Assembly: GCA_964544355.1 (NCBI GenBank)
Contig: CAZJAI010000003.1
Coordinates: forward strand, 15,945 to 79,944
Length of the DNA stretch: 64,000 nucleotides
Reading direction: 5' to 3'
Source: an uncultured Candidatus Saccharibacteria bacterium
GTDB taxonomy: Bacteria; Patescibacteriota; Saccharimonadia; Saccharimonadales; Saccharimonadaceae
The translations under genes were made by a program, and so were the position numbers. Within the stretch, counting starts at the first letter, position 1. Every line of letters begins with the position of its first letter. This document shows positions 26,063 to 36,065 of the stretch, piece by piece. The notes under the pieces were generated by a model. That model saw only the letters and a list, made by a program, of their open reading frames with translations, was not told the origin of the DNA and searched no databases.

Positions 26063-26518
26063 ATGAAAATATATCTGGGTTCCGATCATAACGGCTTCCA
26101 CCTGAAAGAGAAAATTTTCGCTTATCTGCAAAAACGCGGTTGGGACGTCGAGGACGTTGGCGACAAGGAGCTCGATCCGGAGGACGACTTCCCCCAATTT
26201 GCCTACGCCGCGGCGGTTAAAGTGCTGGGGTCGGAACACGACGACGCCAGGGCGATATTGATTTGCGGCAGCGGGCAGGGCATGTGCATGGCGGCCAATC
26301 GGGTACGCGGCATCAGGGCGGCTGTAGCCTGGGACGCTCACGAGGCCAAACTCAGTCGCAACGATAACGACAGTAACGTGCTGTGCCTGCCCGGCAGGCT
26401 ACTACAGGATCGGGACGAACGGCAATGGCAGGACATAATTGATGCCTGGCTGAATACCGAGTTTGCCGGAGCTGCCCGTTATATCCGGAGGAATCGCCAG
26501 CTTGACGAACTTGCGTAA
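26063..26518 (+). CDS. rpiB: ribose-5-phosphate isomerase B
   Basis: MKIYLGSDHNGFHLKE and ILICGSGQGMCMAANRVRGIRAA are typical of RpiB/LacAB. Confidence 0.9.
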   Translation: MKIYLGSDHNGFHLKEKIFAYLQKRGWDVEDVGDKELDPEDDFPQFAYAAAVKVLGSEHDDARAILICGSGQGMCMAANRVRGIRAAVAWDAHEAKLSRNDNDSNVLCLPGRLLQDRDERQWQDIIDAWLNTEFAGAARYIRRNRQLDELA

Positions 26519-26536
26519 AGCTAAAGCTTTGTTATA

Positions 26537-27052
26537 ATGCCAAATATGGTGAAAACTAAAAAAACAACACGTTCCAAAAAAATCTTAAAAAGCGATCTTT
26601 TCGCTATGCTGACCTCTTTAAACTACTTGGGTTCGCTGTGGCGGGCGGCAGTGTCTGCGGCCATTTTCCTTTCGCTCATCATCCTGAATGAGATTTACGC
26701 TCTGTATTACGGGCCCCAGTGGGGAGTCAGCGGCGGCTTGCTGAAGGAAACCTTCTTTTTCCAATCGGCCCTAACGGCTTTGCTGGTGGTTGTCTGGGCT
26801 GTGCTGGTTTACGATTTGCTTTTCGTGGTCATCTGCCGGCGTTACCCGCTCAGCGTTCAGATTGACAGATTGCTGCTTATTGGGCTGGAAACACTTTTCG
26901 CCGCGGTGGCCCTGCTGAGCGTGGCCTTTGCCTCGGCTTCCTCGCCGATGAACCTGGACGGTTTTATGTTCTGGTTCTTCGCCGTCATCCTGGTGTTGCC
27001 GCCTTTGAGAGCGGTAGCCGGCGTTTCGGCGGTAGCCGCTCGTCGCCGATGA
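26537..27052 (+). CDS. hypothetical 4-TM membrane protein embedded in the sugar-phosphate operon
   Basis: Basic N-terminus followed by four hydrophobic helices. An alternative leaderless start at ATG 26546 lies 7 nt after TATAAT (26533-26538). Its stop overlaps the rpe start (ATGA). Confidence 0.5.
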   Translation: MPNMVKTKKTTRSKKILKSDLFAMLTSLNYLGSLWRAAVSAAIFLSLIILNEIYALYYGPQWGVSGGLLKETFFFQSALTALLVVVWAVLVYDLLFVVICRRYPLSVQIDRLLLIGLETLFAAVALLSVAFASASSPMNLDGFMFWFFAVILVLPPLRAVAGVSAVAARRR

Positions 27053-27687
27053 GCCTGATCTGCCCGTCGGTGTTGGCGGCTGACCCCGAGGATTATTTGC
27101 AAAAAATTGAAACCCTCGAGCCTTTCGCGAAACGGATACATATCGATTTAAGCGACGGCCTCCTGGCTCCTGCTGCCAGCATCAATCTTATTCAGGCCTG
27201 GTGGCCGCCCGCCGCGCAGGCCGATATTCATTTAATGTACTTGCGTCCGCTGGAGCATATTGAAACTCTGGTGTCGCTTAAGCCCGATCTGGTAATAGTC
27301 CACGCCGAGGCCGAGGGCGACATTGTCGGTATGGTGCGGCATTTGAAACTATGCGGCCTGAAGGCCGGAGTCTGTCTGCTGCCGGCTATCCAGCCCGAAG
27401 ACCAGGCGGAACTGATCGGCGAGGCTGACCATGTGCTGATTTTTAGCGGAAAACTGGGCAGTTACGGCGGTAACGCCGACCTAGGCTTACTGGAGAAAGT
27501 CAAGGTAATTAAACAATTGAACCGGCAGGTCGAGATAGGCTGGGACGGCGGCGCCAACCGGCAAAACGCGGCGCAAATTGCCGCCGCGGGAGTGGACGTG
27601 ATAGTAGCCGGCAGCAGCATTATGGAGGCTGGCGATCCGGCGGCCGCGTATGTTAAGCTGGCAAATAGCATAAGCTCGATCTCTTAG
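27049..27687 (+). CDS. rpe: ribulose-phosphate 3-epimerase family protein (divergent)
   Basis: ICPSVLAAD...RIHIDLSDG...IVHAEA...GWDGG follows the Rpe pattern (PSILSAD / H-D-MDG / DGG) but has diverged from it. Confidence 0.7.
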   Translation: MSLICPSVLAADPEDYLQKIETLEPFAKRIHIDLSDGLLAPAASINLIQAWWPPAAQADIHLMYLRPLEHIETLVSLKPDLVIVHAEAEGDIVGMVRHLKLCGLKAGVCLLPAIQPEDQAELIGEADHVLIFSGKLGSYGGNADLGLLEKVKVIKQLNRQVEIGWDGGANRQNAAQIAAAGVDVIVAGSSIMEAGDPAAAYVKLANSISSIS

Positions 27688-27740
27688 ATCAACTTAAAAG
27701 CAAACATACCAACCCGGGGCGAAAGGGCAAGCGTTCAAAC

Positions 27741-28601
27741 ATGAGCGGGCAGATGACTTTGGTTCAGATGGAAAAGAAGGCTTATGAGATCCGCCAGGAT
27801 ATTATTCGCATGCTGGAACACGCCGGCTCCGGGCACAGCGCCGGCCCGCTGGGCCTGGCTGATGTTTTTACGGCTCTTTATTTCAATATATTAAAGCACG
27901 ATCCCAAAAAGCCCGACTGGCCCGGCCGCGACGTGCTGATACTGTCCAACGGACACTGCGTGCCGGTGCGCTATACCGCCATGGCCCATGCCGGTTATTT
28001 TGACAGGAGCGAGCTGATGACCCTGCGCCAATACGGCAGCCGCCTTCAGGGCCATCCCGAACGGCTGCGTCTGCCTGGGCTGGAAACCACCAGTGGTCCT
28101 TTGGGCAGCGGACTGAGTCAGGCGGCCGGTATAGCTTATTCGTGGCTGAAAATCGATCAAATCCATGACCGCTGGGTTTACGTGGTGATGGGCGACGGCG
28201 AGCTGGACGAGGGCAACATCTGGGAGGCCGCCATGTTCGTGGCTAAAAACCGGCTGCATAACCTGGTAGCTATTATTGATCGCAACAACATTCAAATAGA
28301 CGGCAATACCGAAAACGTCATGCCCCTGGAGGATTTACGGGCCAAGTGGGAGGCTTTTGGCTGGCACGTTCAGGAAGTGGACGGGCACAATATAGAAAGC
28401 GTCATCGACGCTGCCAGCATGGCCCGTTCTATCGTTGAAAAACCCAGCGTCATTATCGCCCACACTATTCCGGGTAAGGGAGTCGACTTTATGGAATACG
28501 ACTATCACTGGCACGGTGCGCCACCCAATTCACAGCAGGCCAAGGCCGCCTTGCATAAACTGCGCACTCTGGCCGGCAAAATCAGGAGCGAGCATGAATA
28601 A
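27741..28601 (+). CDS. transketolase, N-terminal (TPP-binding) subunit
   Basis: GHSAGPLGLADVFTALYF, GHPE, GPLGSGLSQAAG and GDGELDEGNIWEA. Confidence 0.92.
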   Translation: MSGQMTLVQMEKKAYEIRQDIIRMLEHAGSGHSAGPLGLADVFTALYFNILKHDPKKPDWPGRDVLILSNGHCVPVRYTAMAHAGYFDRSELMTLRQYGSRLQGHPERLRLPGLETTSGPLGSGLSQAAGIAYSWLKIDQIHDRWVYVVMGDGELDEGNIWEAAMFVAKNRLHNLVAIIDRNNIQIDGNTENVMPLEDLRAKWEAFGWHVQEVDGHNIESVIDAASMARSIVEKPSVIIAHTIPGKGVDFMEYDYHWHGAPPNSQQAKAALHKLRTLAGKIRSEHE

Positions 28602-29595
28602 ACTGATGGGGCTTAGCCCGGATATCGGCAAGCCGGACATCGCCAAAGAGCCTATCCGCAAAGGCTTCGGCCGCGGCCTGGCGACGGCCGGCCTGCGCGA
28701 CGAAAGAGTGGTGGCGTTGTGCGCCGATCTTACCGAGAGCACCCAGATGCATATTTTTCGCGACGCCTTTCCCGACCGGTTTATCGAGGTGGGGGTGGCC
28801 GAGCAGAATCTGGTAACATTGGCCGCCGGCCTGGCGGCAGCCGGAAAAATACCGTTCGCCAGCAGCTACGCCGCGTTCAGCCCCGGCCGCAACTGGGAGC
28901 AGATCCGGACTACCATCTGCCTGAACGACCGTCCGGTTAAAATAGCCGGATCGCACGCCGGACTGTACACCGGCGCCGACGGAGCCACTCACCAGATGCT
29001 TGAAGATCTGGCTCTGATGCGGGCTTTGCCTAACATGGTGGTCCTGGCGCCCGGGGACAGCACTGAAGCCGAAAAAGCTACCCTGGCCGCCGCCGACAAC
29101 AACCGCCCGACATATCTGCGGCTTTGCCGCGAAGCCACGCCGGTGTTTACCACGGCGGAGACACCGTTTGAAATCGGCCGGGCCTATTTGCTTCATGAAG
29201 GAGTCGAGCTGACTATCGCCTCGACCGGCACCATGACTTATCCCGCTTTGCTGGCCGCCAGAATGCTAGCAGCTGACGGTATCCGAGCGGAGGTGATACA
29301 CTTTCCCACGGTTAAACCGCTGGACGAAACCAGGCTGCTGCTTAGCGCCCAAAAAACCGGACGGGTATTGAGCGTTGAAGAGCATCAGACACAGGCGGGT
29401 TTTGGCAGCGCCGTGGCCGAGGTGTTGTCCGAAAAGTGTCAGGTGCCGCTTAAGCGCCTGGGCGTTAACGACCGGTTCGGCGAATCGGGGCGACCGGAGG
29501 AGCTACTGAAAGCTTTCGGCTTAACCCCCGCTCATATCGCCATGAGCGCCCACCAGTTTTTGGATGGTATTAAAAAATCGAGAGGCAGGGGTTAA
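28594..29595 (+). CDS. transketolase, C-terminal (pyrimidine-binding) subunit
   Basis: I place the start at ATG 28594 (AGGAG at 28584-28588); it overlaps the upstream stop as ATGAATAA. Motifs FPDRFIEVGVAEQNLVTLAAGLA and GADGATHQMLEDLALMRALPNM. Confidence 0.92.
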   Translation: MNKLMGLSPDIGKPDIAKEPIRKGFGRGLATAGLRDERVVALCADLTESTQMHIFRDAFPDRFIEVGVAEQNLVTLAAGLAAAGKIPFASSYAAFSPGRNWEQIRTTICLNDRPVKIAGSHAGLYTGADGATHQMLEDLALMRALPNMVVLAPGDSTEAEKATLAAADNNRPTYLRLCREATPVFTTAETPFEIGRAYLLHEGVELTIASTGTMTYPALLAARMLAADGIRAEVIHFPTVKPLDETRLLLSAQKTGRVLSVEEHQTQAGFGSAVAEVLSEKCQVPLKRLGVNDRFGESGRPEELLKAFGLTPAHIAMSAHQFLDGIKKSRGRG

Positions 29596-29599
29596 TCGT

Positions 29600-30511
29600 A
29601 TGGGCAGTACTATCACTGAGATCCGCGATGCCTGTCTGCGCGCCCGGCATCTTATGCAGCGCTCGCGCAGTCAGCATTTCGCCGTAGGGGCGTTTAATAT
29701 AGATAACCAGGAAACGCTGATCGCCGTATGCCGGGCGGCTCAGGCCAAGCAATCCCCGGTGCTGGTTGAGGTCAGCGACGGCGAGGTTAAGGCTATGGGC
29801 CTCAGTAACATCCGCGACATGGTGGACAATTATCGGCGCGAGTATGGCGTGGAAATCTACCTGAATCTAGACCACAGCCCGAGCGTGGAGGATGCCATGC
29901 GGGGCGTCGATGCCGGTTTCGAATTTATTCACATAGATATTTCGCAGGCCGATCACCAAGCCAGCGACGAGGCGATTGTCGAGACCACCCGCCAGGTGGT
30001 GGAGTACGCCAAGTTTACCGGAGCCGTAGTGGAAAGCGAACCGCATTACTTTGCCGGCAGCTCCAATCTGCACAACGAGTCGATAGATTACGAGGTTATT
30101 AAAAAGACGTTCTCCACTCCTGAAGGGGCGCGACATTTCGTGGAGGCCACGGGCATTGATACTTTCGCCGCGGCCGTGGGCAACCTGCACGGTAAGTATC
30201 CCGTCCCTAAAGAGCTGGACCTGGAGTTGCTGGGTCGCATTCGCCAGGCCATAGATTGCAACATTTCGCTGCATGGCGGCAGCGGCACCCCTTTGCATTA
30301 TTTCGGCGAAGCCGCCCGCATTGGCGTCAGCAAGATTAACATCAACAGCGACATGCGCTATGTCTTTCGCAAGACGCTGGAAAAAGTCCTGGCCGACAAC
30401 CCCGACGAATACGCCGTGGTTAAACTAATGCCGGAAGTCTACCGGGCGGTTCAGCAGGTTGTCGAAGAAAAAATCGAAGCTTTCGGCTCGGCCGGCAAGG
30501 CGGTAGTTTAA
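29600..30511 (+). CDS. fba: class II fructose-bisphosphate aldolase
   Basis: FAVGAFNIDNQETL..., LNLDHS, SLHGGSG and NINSD are typical of class II FBA/tagatose-bisphosphate aldolases. Start at ATG 29600. Confidence 0.88.
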   Translation: MGSTITEIRDACLRARHLMQRSRSQHFAVGAFNIDNQETLIAVCRAAQAKQSPVLVEVSDGEVKAMGLSNIRDMVDNYRREYGVEIYLNLDHSPSVEDAMRGVDAGFEFIHIDISQADHQASDEAIVETTRQVVEYAKFTGAVVESEPHYFAGSSNLHNESIDYEVIKKTFSTPEGARHFVEATGIDTFAAAVGNLHGKYPVPKELDLELLGRIRQAIDCNISLHGGSGTPLHYFGEAARIGVSKININSDMRYVFRKTLEKVLADNPDEYAVVKLMPEVYRAVQQVVEEKIEAFGSAGKAVV

Positions 30512-31011
30512 CCCTGACTGCCGCTAAGCGACCGCTGATAGTCCCGATAAAGCCGGTCCAGCAGATTGGTTTCGATGTAGGGTTCTTGCAGCTGTCCGGC
30601 TATGACGCCGTCGGCGGCGTAGGCATCAACCATACTGGACGTAACGGCTGCGCGGTAAGTCAGACGGTAAGCTAATTTGCCCAACTGGTCAGGGTGGTAA
30701 AGATACTGAAGATCCGCCAGCTGTTTGATCTCGCCCTCTTTTAGACTGGCCTGCAGGCTGCCGCCGTTTATCACCGGATTGGCGGAGTCGTTATCCACCC
30801 TGACGCGCCTTAAAAGCGGGGAATGTTGGCCCAGTACCAGGCAGAACTTAATTAGCAGCTCGGCTCGAAAAGGAGCCGAGGCAAAATCCTTATACACCAG
30901 CTGCGCCATGTGCAGAGCGGTCTCTTTCCGGGCCGGCACGAAGCTGCCTCGCAGGTGCCACACCCCCGCCGCCGCGGCTTCTGGGTTCATTCTTCTCATG
31001 ACAATCAACAT
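30508..31011 (-). CDS. hypothetical protein (opposite strand inside the sugar cluster)
   Basis: This is the only ORF covering an otherwise gene-free 500 nt. The start is uncertain (Met1, Met5, Met8 or Met35). No motif recognised. Confidence 0.45.
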   Translation of the reverse strand: MLIVMRRMNPEAAAAGVWHLRGSFVPARKETALHMAQLVYKDFASAPFRAELLIKFCLVLGQHSPLLRRVRVDNDSANPVINGGSLQASLKEGEIKQLADLQYLYHPDQLGKLAYRLTYRAAVTSSMVDAYAADGVIAGQLQEPYIETNLLDRLYRDYQRSLSGSQG

Positions 31012-31068
31012 AACTCCCGATTCGTCGCTAAAGCAAGCATAAGTGTTATATACTGTTATTTAAGACAG

Positions 31069-32097
31069 ATGAACCCGGAAAAAGTGGCGACTATATTATC
31101 AGTGGGCAAGGCGACGCAGGACGTCTTTTTAAAGAGCGCCGAATTCGACCCTAAAAAAGAAGGCAAGGTGGCATATACTCATTTGCCGCTGGGCGCCAAA
31201 CTGGACGTTGACGAGGTGGTATTCGCTACCGGCGGCAACGCCTGCAACGCCGCCGTAACATTCGCCCGGCAAGGGCACCGCTCTGGTTATATGTGGCTGC
31301 TGGGAGAGGATCCGGCCAGCCAGGCGATTTTAGCCGAGCTGGACGATGAAGGCGTGGATACCACCGGCGTGATTCAGCGCGATGATTGCCGGGCCAGTTA
31401 CTCGACGGTGCTGATCTCGCCCGACGGTGAGCGGACGGTGCTGAACTTTCACGGCAGCCTGCCGGCGTCGGATGGCAGGCCGCTCGATCTATCGCTGATT
31501 GGCGGAGTCGACTGGCTGTACGTCTCTTCCATCGGATCGCTGTCGTTGCTTAACGAACTGGTTAGTGTCGCCAGATCCGCCGGCATTAAGGTAATGCTTA
31601 ATCCAGCCGGAGCGGAACTGAGCCACCCGGCCAAATTACGCAGCCTATTGCCCGATATCGAGGTTTTGGCCTTGAACAAAGAGGAGATGCAGGCCCTGGT
31701 TGCCGGACAAACGCTCGAGGAGCTGGTGTTGCATGGGTTGAACTTATGCCCGGTGGTGATTGTTTCGGACGGGCCGCGCGGCTCCTGCGCCAGCGATGGC
31801 AAGCAACTGGTGCGGGCCGGTACCTACGAGGACGTGCCGGTGGTGGACAGGACTGGCGCCGGGGACGCTTTCGCTTCGGGGTTTTTAAGCGCTTGGGCGG
31901 CCGGGGCCGGTCTGGCCGATTCTATAGTCTTAGCCAGTGCTAACTCCACTTCGGTGGTCGGCCAGATTGGCGCCAAAAAGAGTATACTGCGCAGAGGGGC
32001 GCCCCTGCACGGTATGCCGCTTCGCCTGAAAACGCTCGATGCTGCTACAATATCCCAGAACGAACCGCTTAAACAAAAAAATACGCTTAACACTTAA
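31069..32097 (+). CDS. PfkB-family carbohydrate/nucleoside kinase
   Basis: I place the start at ATG 31069 (MNPEKVATILSVGKATQDVFL). Motifs TGGNACNAAVTFARQG and the catalytic DRTGAGDAFASGF. Confidence 0.85.
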   Translation: MNPEKVATILSVGKATQDVFLKSAEFDPKKEGKVAYTHLPLGAKLDVDEVVFATGGNACNAAVTFARQGHRSGYMWLLGEDPASQAILAELDDEGVDTTGVIQRDDCRASYSTVLISPDGERTVLNFHGSLPASDGRPLDLSLIGGVDWLYVSSIGSLSLLNELVSVARSAGIKVMLNPAGAELSHPAKLRSLLPDIEVLALNKEEMQALVAGQTLEELVLHGLNLCPVVIVSDGPRGSCASDGKQLVRAGTYEDVPVVDRTGAGDAFASGFLSAWAAGAGLADSIVLASANSTSVVGQIGAKKSILRRGAPLHGMPLRLKTLDAATISQNEPLKQKNTLNT

Positions 32098-32101
32098 AAA
32101 T

Positions 32102-33352
32102 ATGGCTAAATTACTGCGCGATCTGTTAAATGCTGAAGAGCCGCTGTTTTCGTTGGCGCTACGACAACTGGAAATGGCCAGCGGCCGGCCCGGCGAAGAC
32201 GTTCGGCTGGTGGGCGAAATCATTGAAAAAACCCATGCCGCCATACAGCAAATGGGGCTTGATCATGCCGATTCCACCGGGCGCGAACTGTTTGGCGCCC
32301 TATATAACCGGATTGCCGAAGATAATCGCCGGGTGGCGTCAATCATTGGGGCCGGCCAATCGCAAGCCGAGGACGTGGCCGCCATGATGCCGATTATCAG
32401 GCAGGCGGTTCTGAAACTGAAAACATCGCGCTTTGCTTGGGTGCTGAAGCGCTCCCGCGCCAAATCGCTGCTTAAGGCGATGCCTCCGCGCCGGCTGATG
32501 CAACACTTGGGCTACCGATCGGTCGACAGCCTGCTCAAGCATGAAAAATTTGACGAAGTTTACACGGCCATCAGATTTTCGGAGGGCAGCGCCTGGCTGA
32601 ACCGCTACAACCAGCTGTTTAAAACCGTTACCCCCAGCGATTTCGAAACCCGCGATATAAGCATTATTATTATGGATCAGCAAAAATACGCCGATCTTGC
32701 CGAGGGCTTTGTGCATAAAAAACGCCACAACATCACCCACAGCAAAGAGCTGGGAACTATCGTGGTAGTACCGATGAAACAAGGAACCGTGCCGGGTTTG
32801 ACTCTGAAAAGCCTGCCGCTGATGCTGCACTACATCAACGAAATAAGACTCTACAGCTCTTTTTTCAAATTAAAACAAGTTAAAAGCAGCTTTGGCAGGA
32901 TAGTGGTGGATACTTTGATTGCCGACCCTTCCTCGGCCAGCCAGATGGCCGGCCAAAACGTTCACTGGAGAGTTATTCAGCGTTATTTCGGTAAACTGGA
33001 CGGTGAAAATCACCCCGAAGATTTCGAACCTCACGTCCATCCCGAAGACCTGCATTGGCGCCGTGCCGAGGAGCTACTCAGCCAGATAGATCCGGCCATG
33101 TCATTCTGGCAGGGTCTGGATTTTGTCGGCCGCCTTGAGCCGGACGGTCCGGTCAGTTTCAATTTAATGGACGTAGCCCTGGCCTATTCCAACCAAGAGC
33201 TTTATGCCAACCGCTACGTCTATCATATGCGCGAAAGTTTGTGGAACGAGATTTTCATGCGGTACATGGGGCACAAAAATCTGGAGCGCCAAATACTCAT
33301 CCGGTTAGATAACGACATGGTTAAACCCGAAAAATTGCGTCCCTCAGCCTAA
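32102..33352 (+). CDS. conserved-looking hypothetical protein, 416 aa, no recognisable motif
   Basis: ATG 32102 lies 4 nt after the PfkB stop, and the next gene starts within 22 nt of its stop. The product looks soluble and has His-rich patches (KKRHNITHSKE, HPEDFEPHVHPEDLHW). Confidence 0.6.
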   Translation: MAKLLRDLLNAEEPLFSLALRQLEMASGRPGEDVRLVGEIIEKTHAAIQQMGLDHADSTGRELFGALYNRIAEDNRRVASIIGAGQSQAEDVAAMMPIIRQAVLKLKTSRFAWVLKRSRAKSLLKAMPPRRLMQHLGYRSVDSLLKHEKFDEVYTAIRFSEGSAWLNRYNQLFKTVTPSDFETRDISIIIMDQQKYADLAEGFVHKKRHNITHSKELGTIVVVPMKQGTVPGLTLKSLPLMLHYINEIRLYSSFFKLKQVKSSFGRIVVDTLIADPSSASQMAGQNVHWRVIQRYFGKLDGENHPEDFEPHVHPEDLHWRRAEELLSQIDPAMSFWQGLDFVGRLEPDGPVSFNLMDVALAYSNQELYANRYVYHMRESLWNEIFMRYMGHKNLERQILIRLDNDMVKPEKLRPSA

Positions 33353-33373
33353 GGATTGAAAGAGCTTTTACTA

Positions 33374-33979
33374 ATGAGCAAGTATCAAATATGCGTTTCC
33401 GGTTCGGCGGCCGGCCGGGCGGTCGAAGATTCGCATAATTTGGCCTACCAGCTTGGCAAGGCCATTGCCGAGCGGGGGCATACCCTTATAACGGGCGCTA
33501 CCGTAGGCTTGCCGCGCTATGCCGCCAAGGGAGCGATCGAAAACGGCGGTTTGTCCGTTGGTTTTTCTCCGGCCGCCACCCTCAGAGAGCACGTTAACAG
33601 CTACCGCTTGCCTACCGCCGAGTTCAGCTACATTAACTTTACCGGTATGGAATATGTCGGCCGCGACGTGCACTTGGTGCGCTCCTGCGACGCCATTATC
33701 ACTGTCGGCGGGCGCATGGGCAGCCTTCACGAGTTTTCGACCGCCATCGAAAGCCGCAAAATCTGCGCCGTGCTACTGGGCAGCGGCGGTCTGGCCGATT
33801 TCTTACCAACGCTTCTTAGCAGTGTCGAAACGCCGCATGGCGACCAGGTTATTTACCATACCGACCCTGTCCGGCTGGTTGACTGGGTAATTGGCGCGCT
33901 GGATAAGAAATATGCCGACTTCAAGCAGCAGGTGGTGACTGACGAGCCTCCCGCTAAGAACCGTCGCCGCTTAGGCTGA
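33374..33979 (+). CDS. LOG/TIGR00725-like Rossmann-fold nucleotide-binding protein (COG1611-type)
   Basis: ICVSGSAAG..., ITGATVGLPRYAAKGA, and ITVGGRMGSLHEF. The last resembles the LOG PGGxGTxxE motif. Confidence 0.6.
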   Translation: MSKYQICVSGSAAGRAVEDSHNLAYQLGKAIAERGHTLITGATVGLPRYAAKGAIENGGLSVGFSPAATLREHVNSYRLPTAEFSYINFTGMEYVGRDVHLVRSCDAIITVGGRMGSLHEFSTAIESRKICAVLLGSGGLADFLPTLLSSVETPHGDQVIYHTDPVRLVDWVIGALDKKYADFKQQVVTDEPPAKNRRRLG

Positions 33980-34045
33980 AAAAACCGCCCGGCCAACCCC
34001 TGCCATCGGCTCTAAAGCGCCGTTGATGATAAAATTGAAAGGTTA

Positions 34046-36019
34046 ATGAGCGCGGGATTCAAACTCAGAACCGATTACCAGCCGACCGGCGATCAGCCGC
34101 AGGCCATTGAAAAACTGTGCCGCGGCTTAAAAGAGGGCAAGAAGCAACAGGTTCTTTTAGGAGTTACCGGTTCCGGTAAAACTTTTACCATGGCCAACAC
34201 GGTAGCCTATCGCCAGGTGCCAACTCTGGTACTTTGCCACAACAAAACTCTGGCCGCCCAGCTGTTTAGCGAATTTCAGCAGTTTTTTCCGGAGAACGCC
34301 GTGCATTATTTCGTCAGTTATTTCGACTACTACCAGCCGGAAGCCTATATGCCGCAGACCGACACGTATATTGAAAAGGACAGCAAGATGAACGAAGAAA
34401 TAGACCGGCTGCGCCATGCCGCCACCTCGTCGCTGCTCAGCCGCCGGGACGTGCTGATAGTGGCCAGCGTCAGCTGTATTTACGGTATAGGCTCGGTCGA
34501 AGATTACGGCGCCATGGCCGTTAAAATCTTCAGGGGCGAAATTCGCAAACAGGACAAGCTGGTCCGTTGGCTGACCGACATTCAGTACCGGCGCAACGAC
34601 GTGGACTTTCACCGGGGCGCTTTTCGGGTGCGCGGCGACGTAGTGGATATTTTTCCGGCCGGTTCGGAAACGGCTTTCAGGATCGAGTTTTTCGGTGATA
34701 GGGTCGAGCAAATCAGCAACATAGACCCTTTAACTGGCGAAGTGCTGGGGCGGCCGTCGGAGCTGACGGTGTTCCCCGGCAGTCACTACGTTACACCCAA
34801 AGAGAAACTACAGTCCGCCATAAAGGCTATCCAGCAGGAGCTGACTAAGCGGCAAGCCGAGCTGCGGTCTCAGGGTAAGCTGCTGGAGCTGCAGCGGCTG
34901 ACCCAGCGGACACAGTTCGATCTGGAAATGCTGCAGGAGACAGGTTTCGTAAAAGGTATCGAGAACTACAGCCGCTATTTAACCAATCGCGAACCGGGCG
35001 AGCAGCCGGCTACTTTGATGGATTATTTTCCGGATGATTATCTTCTGCTGGTTGACGAGTCGCACATGACCATACCCCAAGTGCGCGGCATGTATAACGG
35101 TGATCGCGCCCGCAAAGAAATGCTGGTGGAACACGGCTTCCGGTTGCCTAGCGCTCTTGATAACCGGCCGTTAACTTTTAGCGAATTCGAGCGCCAGATG
35201 AACCAGGTGATTTATGCCAGCGCCACCCCGGGCCCCTATGAGCTGGGCCGATCAGACCGGCCGGTTCAGCAGATCATCCGGCCGACTGGCCTGCTTGACC
35301 CTCAGATCACCGTCAAGTCTACCGAAGGACAGATCGATGACTTGATGGAGGAAATCCACCAAACGGTGGCCGCCGGCCAAAGGGTACTGGTTACCACGTT
35401 GACCAAGCGGATGGCCGAAGATCTAAGCGCTTATCTGGAGGAGGCCGGGGTGAAAACCGCTTACATCCACTCCGATATAGATACTCTCAACCGGGGGGAT
35501 ATTTTACGTGATCTACGTATCGGGGTTTACGACGTGCTGGTGGGAATCAATCTTTTACGGGAAGGCCTGGATCTGCCCGAAGTCAGCCTGGTGGCCATTT
35601 TGGATGCCGACAAAGAGGGCTTTTTACGCAGCGAACAGGCTTTGGTGCAGACCATCGGCCGGGCCGCTCGTCACCTGCAGGGCCGGGTAATCATGTACGC
35701 GGACGCTATAACTGGCAGCATGCGGGCGGCCATCGACGAAACCGACCGTCGCCGGAAGGTGCAGGCCGCTTACAATCAAAAACACGGCATTGTCCCCAAA
35801 TCGGTAGCCAAGGAGGTGGGCATGGGATTGCGGTCGGTCATTCCTCTGTCCGAGGAGGCCTCTCAGGCAAAACGCGACCTGCAGAAAATCCCTAAAGACG
35901 AGCTGCCCCACGTGATTAGCGATCTAACCTCCCAGATGGAACTGGCGGCGGCCAACCTGGAATTCGAGAAAGCGGCTGAGCTGCGCGATTTAATTGAACA
36001 GTTAAAGCGCCGCCGGTGA
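34046..36019 (+). CDS. uvrB: excinuclease ABC subunit B
   Basis: [17 protein letters not shown], helicase motifs, and a C-terminal UVR domain ([16 protein letters not shown]). Confidence 0.97.
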   Translation: MSAGFKLRTDYQPTGDQPQAIEKLCRGLKEGKKQQVLLGVTGSGKTFTMANTVAYRQVPTLVLCHNKTLAAQLFSEFQQFFPENAVHYFVSYFDYYQPEAYMPQTDTYIEKDSKMNEEIDRLRHAATSSLLSRRDVLIVASVSCIYGIGSVEDYGAMAVKIFRGEIRKQDKLVRWLTDIQYRRNDVDFHRGAFRVRGDVVDIFPAGSETAFRIEFFGDRVEQISNIDPLTGEVLGRPSELTVFPGSHYVTPKEKLQSAIKAIQQELTKRQAELRSQGKLLELQRLTQRTQFDLEMLQETGFVKGIENYSRYLTNREPGEQPATLMDYFPDDYLLLVDESHMTIPQVRGMYNGDRARKEMLVEHGFRLPSALDNRPLTFSEFERQMNQVIYASATPGPYELGRSDRPVQQIIRPTGLLDPQITVKSTEGQIDDLMEEIHQTVAAGQRVLVTTLTKRMAEDLSAYLEEAGVKTAYIHSDIDTLNRGDILRDLRIGVYDVLVGINLLREGLDLPEVSLVAILDADKEGFLRSEQALVQTIGRAARHLQGRVIMYADAITGSMRAAIDETDRRRKVQAAYNQKHGIVPKSVAKEVGMGLRSVIPLSEEASQAKRDLQKIPKDELPHVISDLTSQMELAAANLEFEKAAELRDLIEQLKRRR

Positions 36020-36065
36020 TACAATGGGTTTTAAGCAGTAACTACCAAGGAGTTGACATATCACC

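Noticed and set aside
28435-28593. Upstream extension of the transketolase C-subunit ORF.
   Set aside because: It lies in an alternative frame inside the transketolase N-subunit gene. ATG 28594 with an AGGAG RBS gives the canonical start.
30910-31068. Upstream extension of the PfkB kinase ORF. The same situation occurs at 32039-32101 for the 416-aa protein and at 46199-46255 for pilB.
   Set aside because: The extensions overlap neighbouring genes or spacers. Internal ATGs give N-termini of normal length and character.
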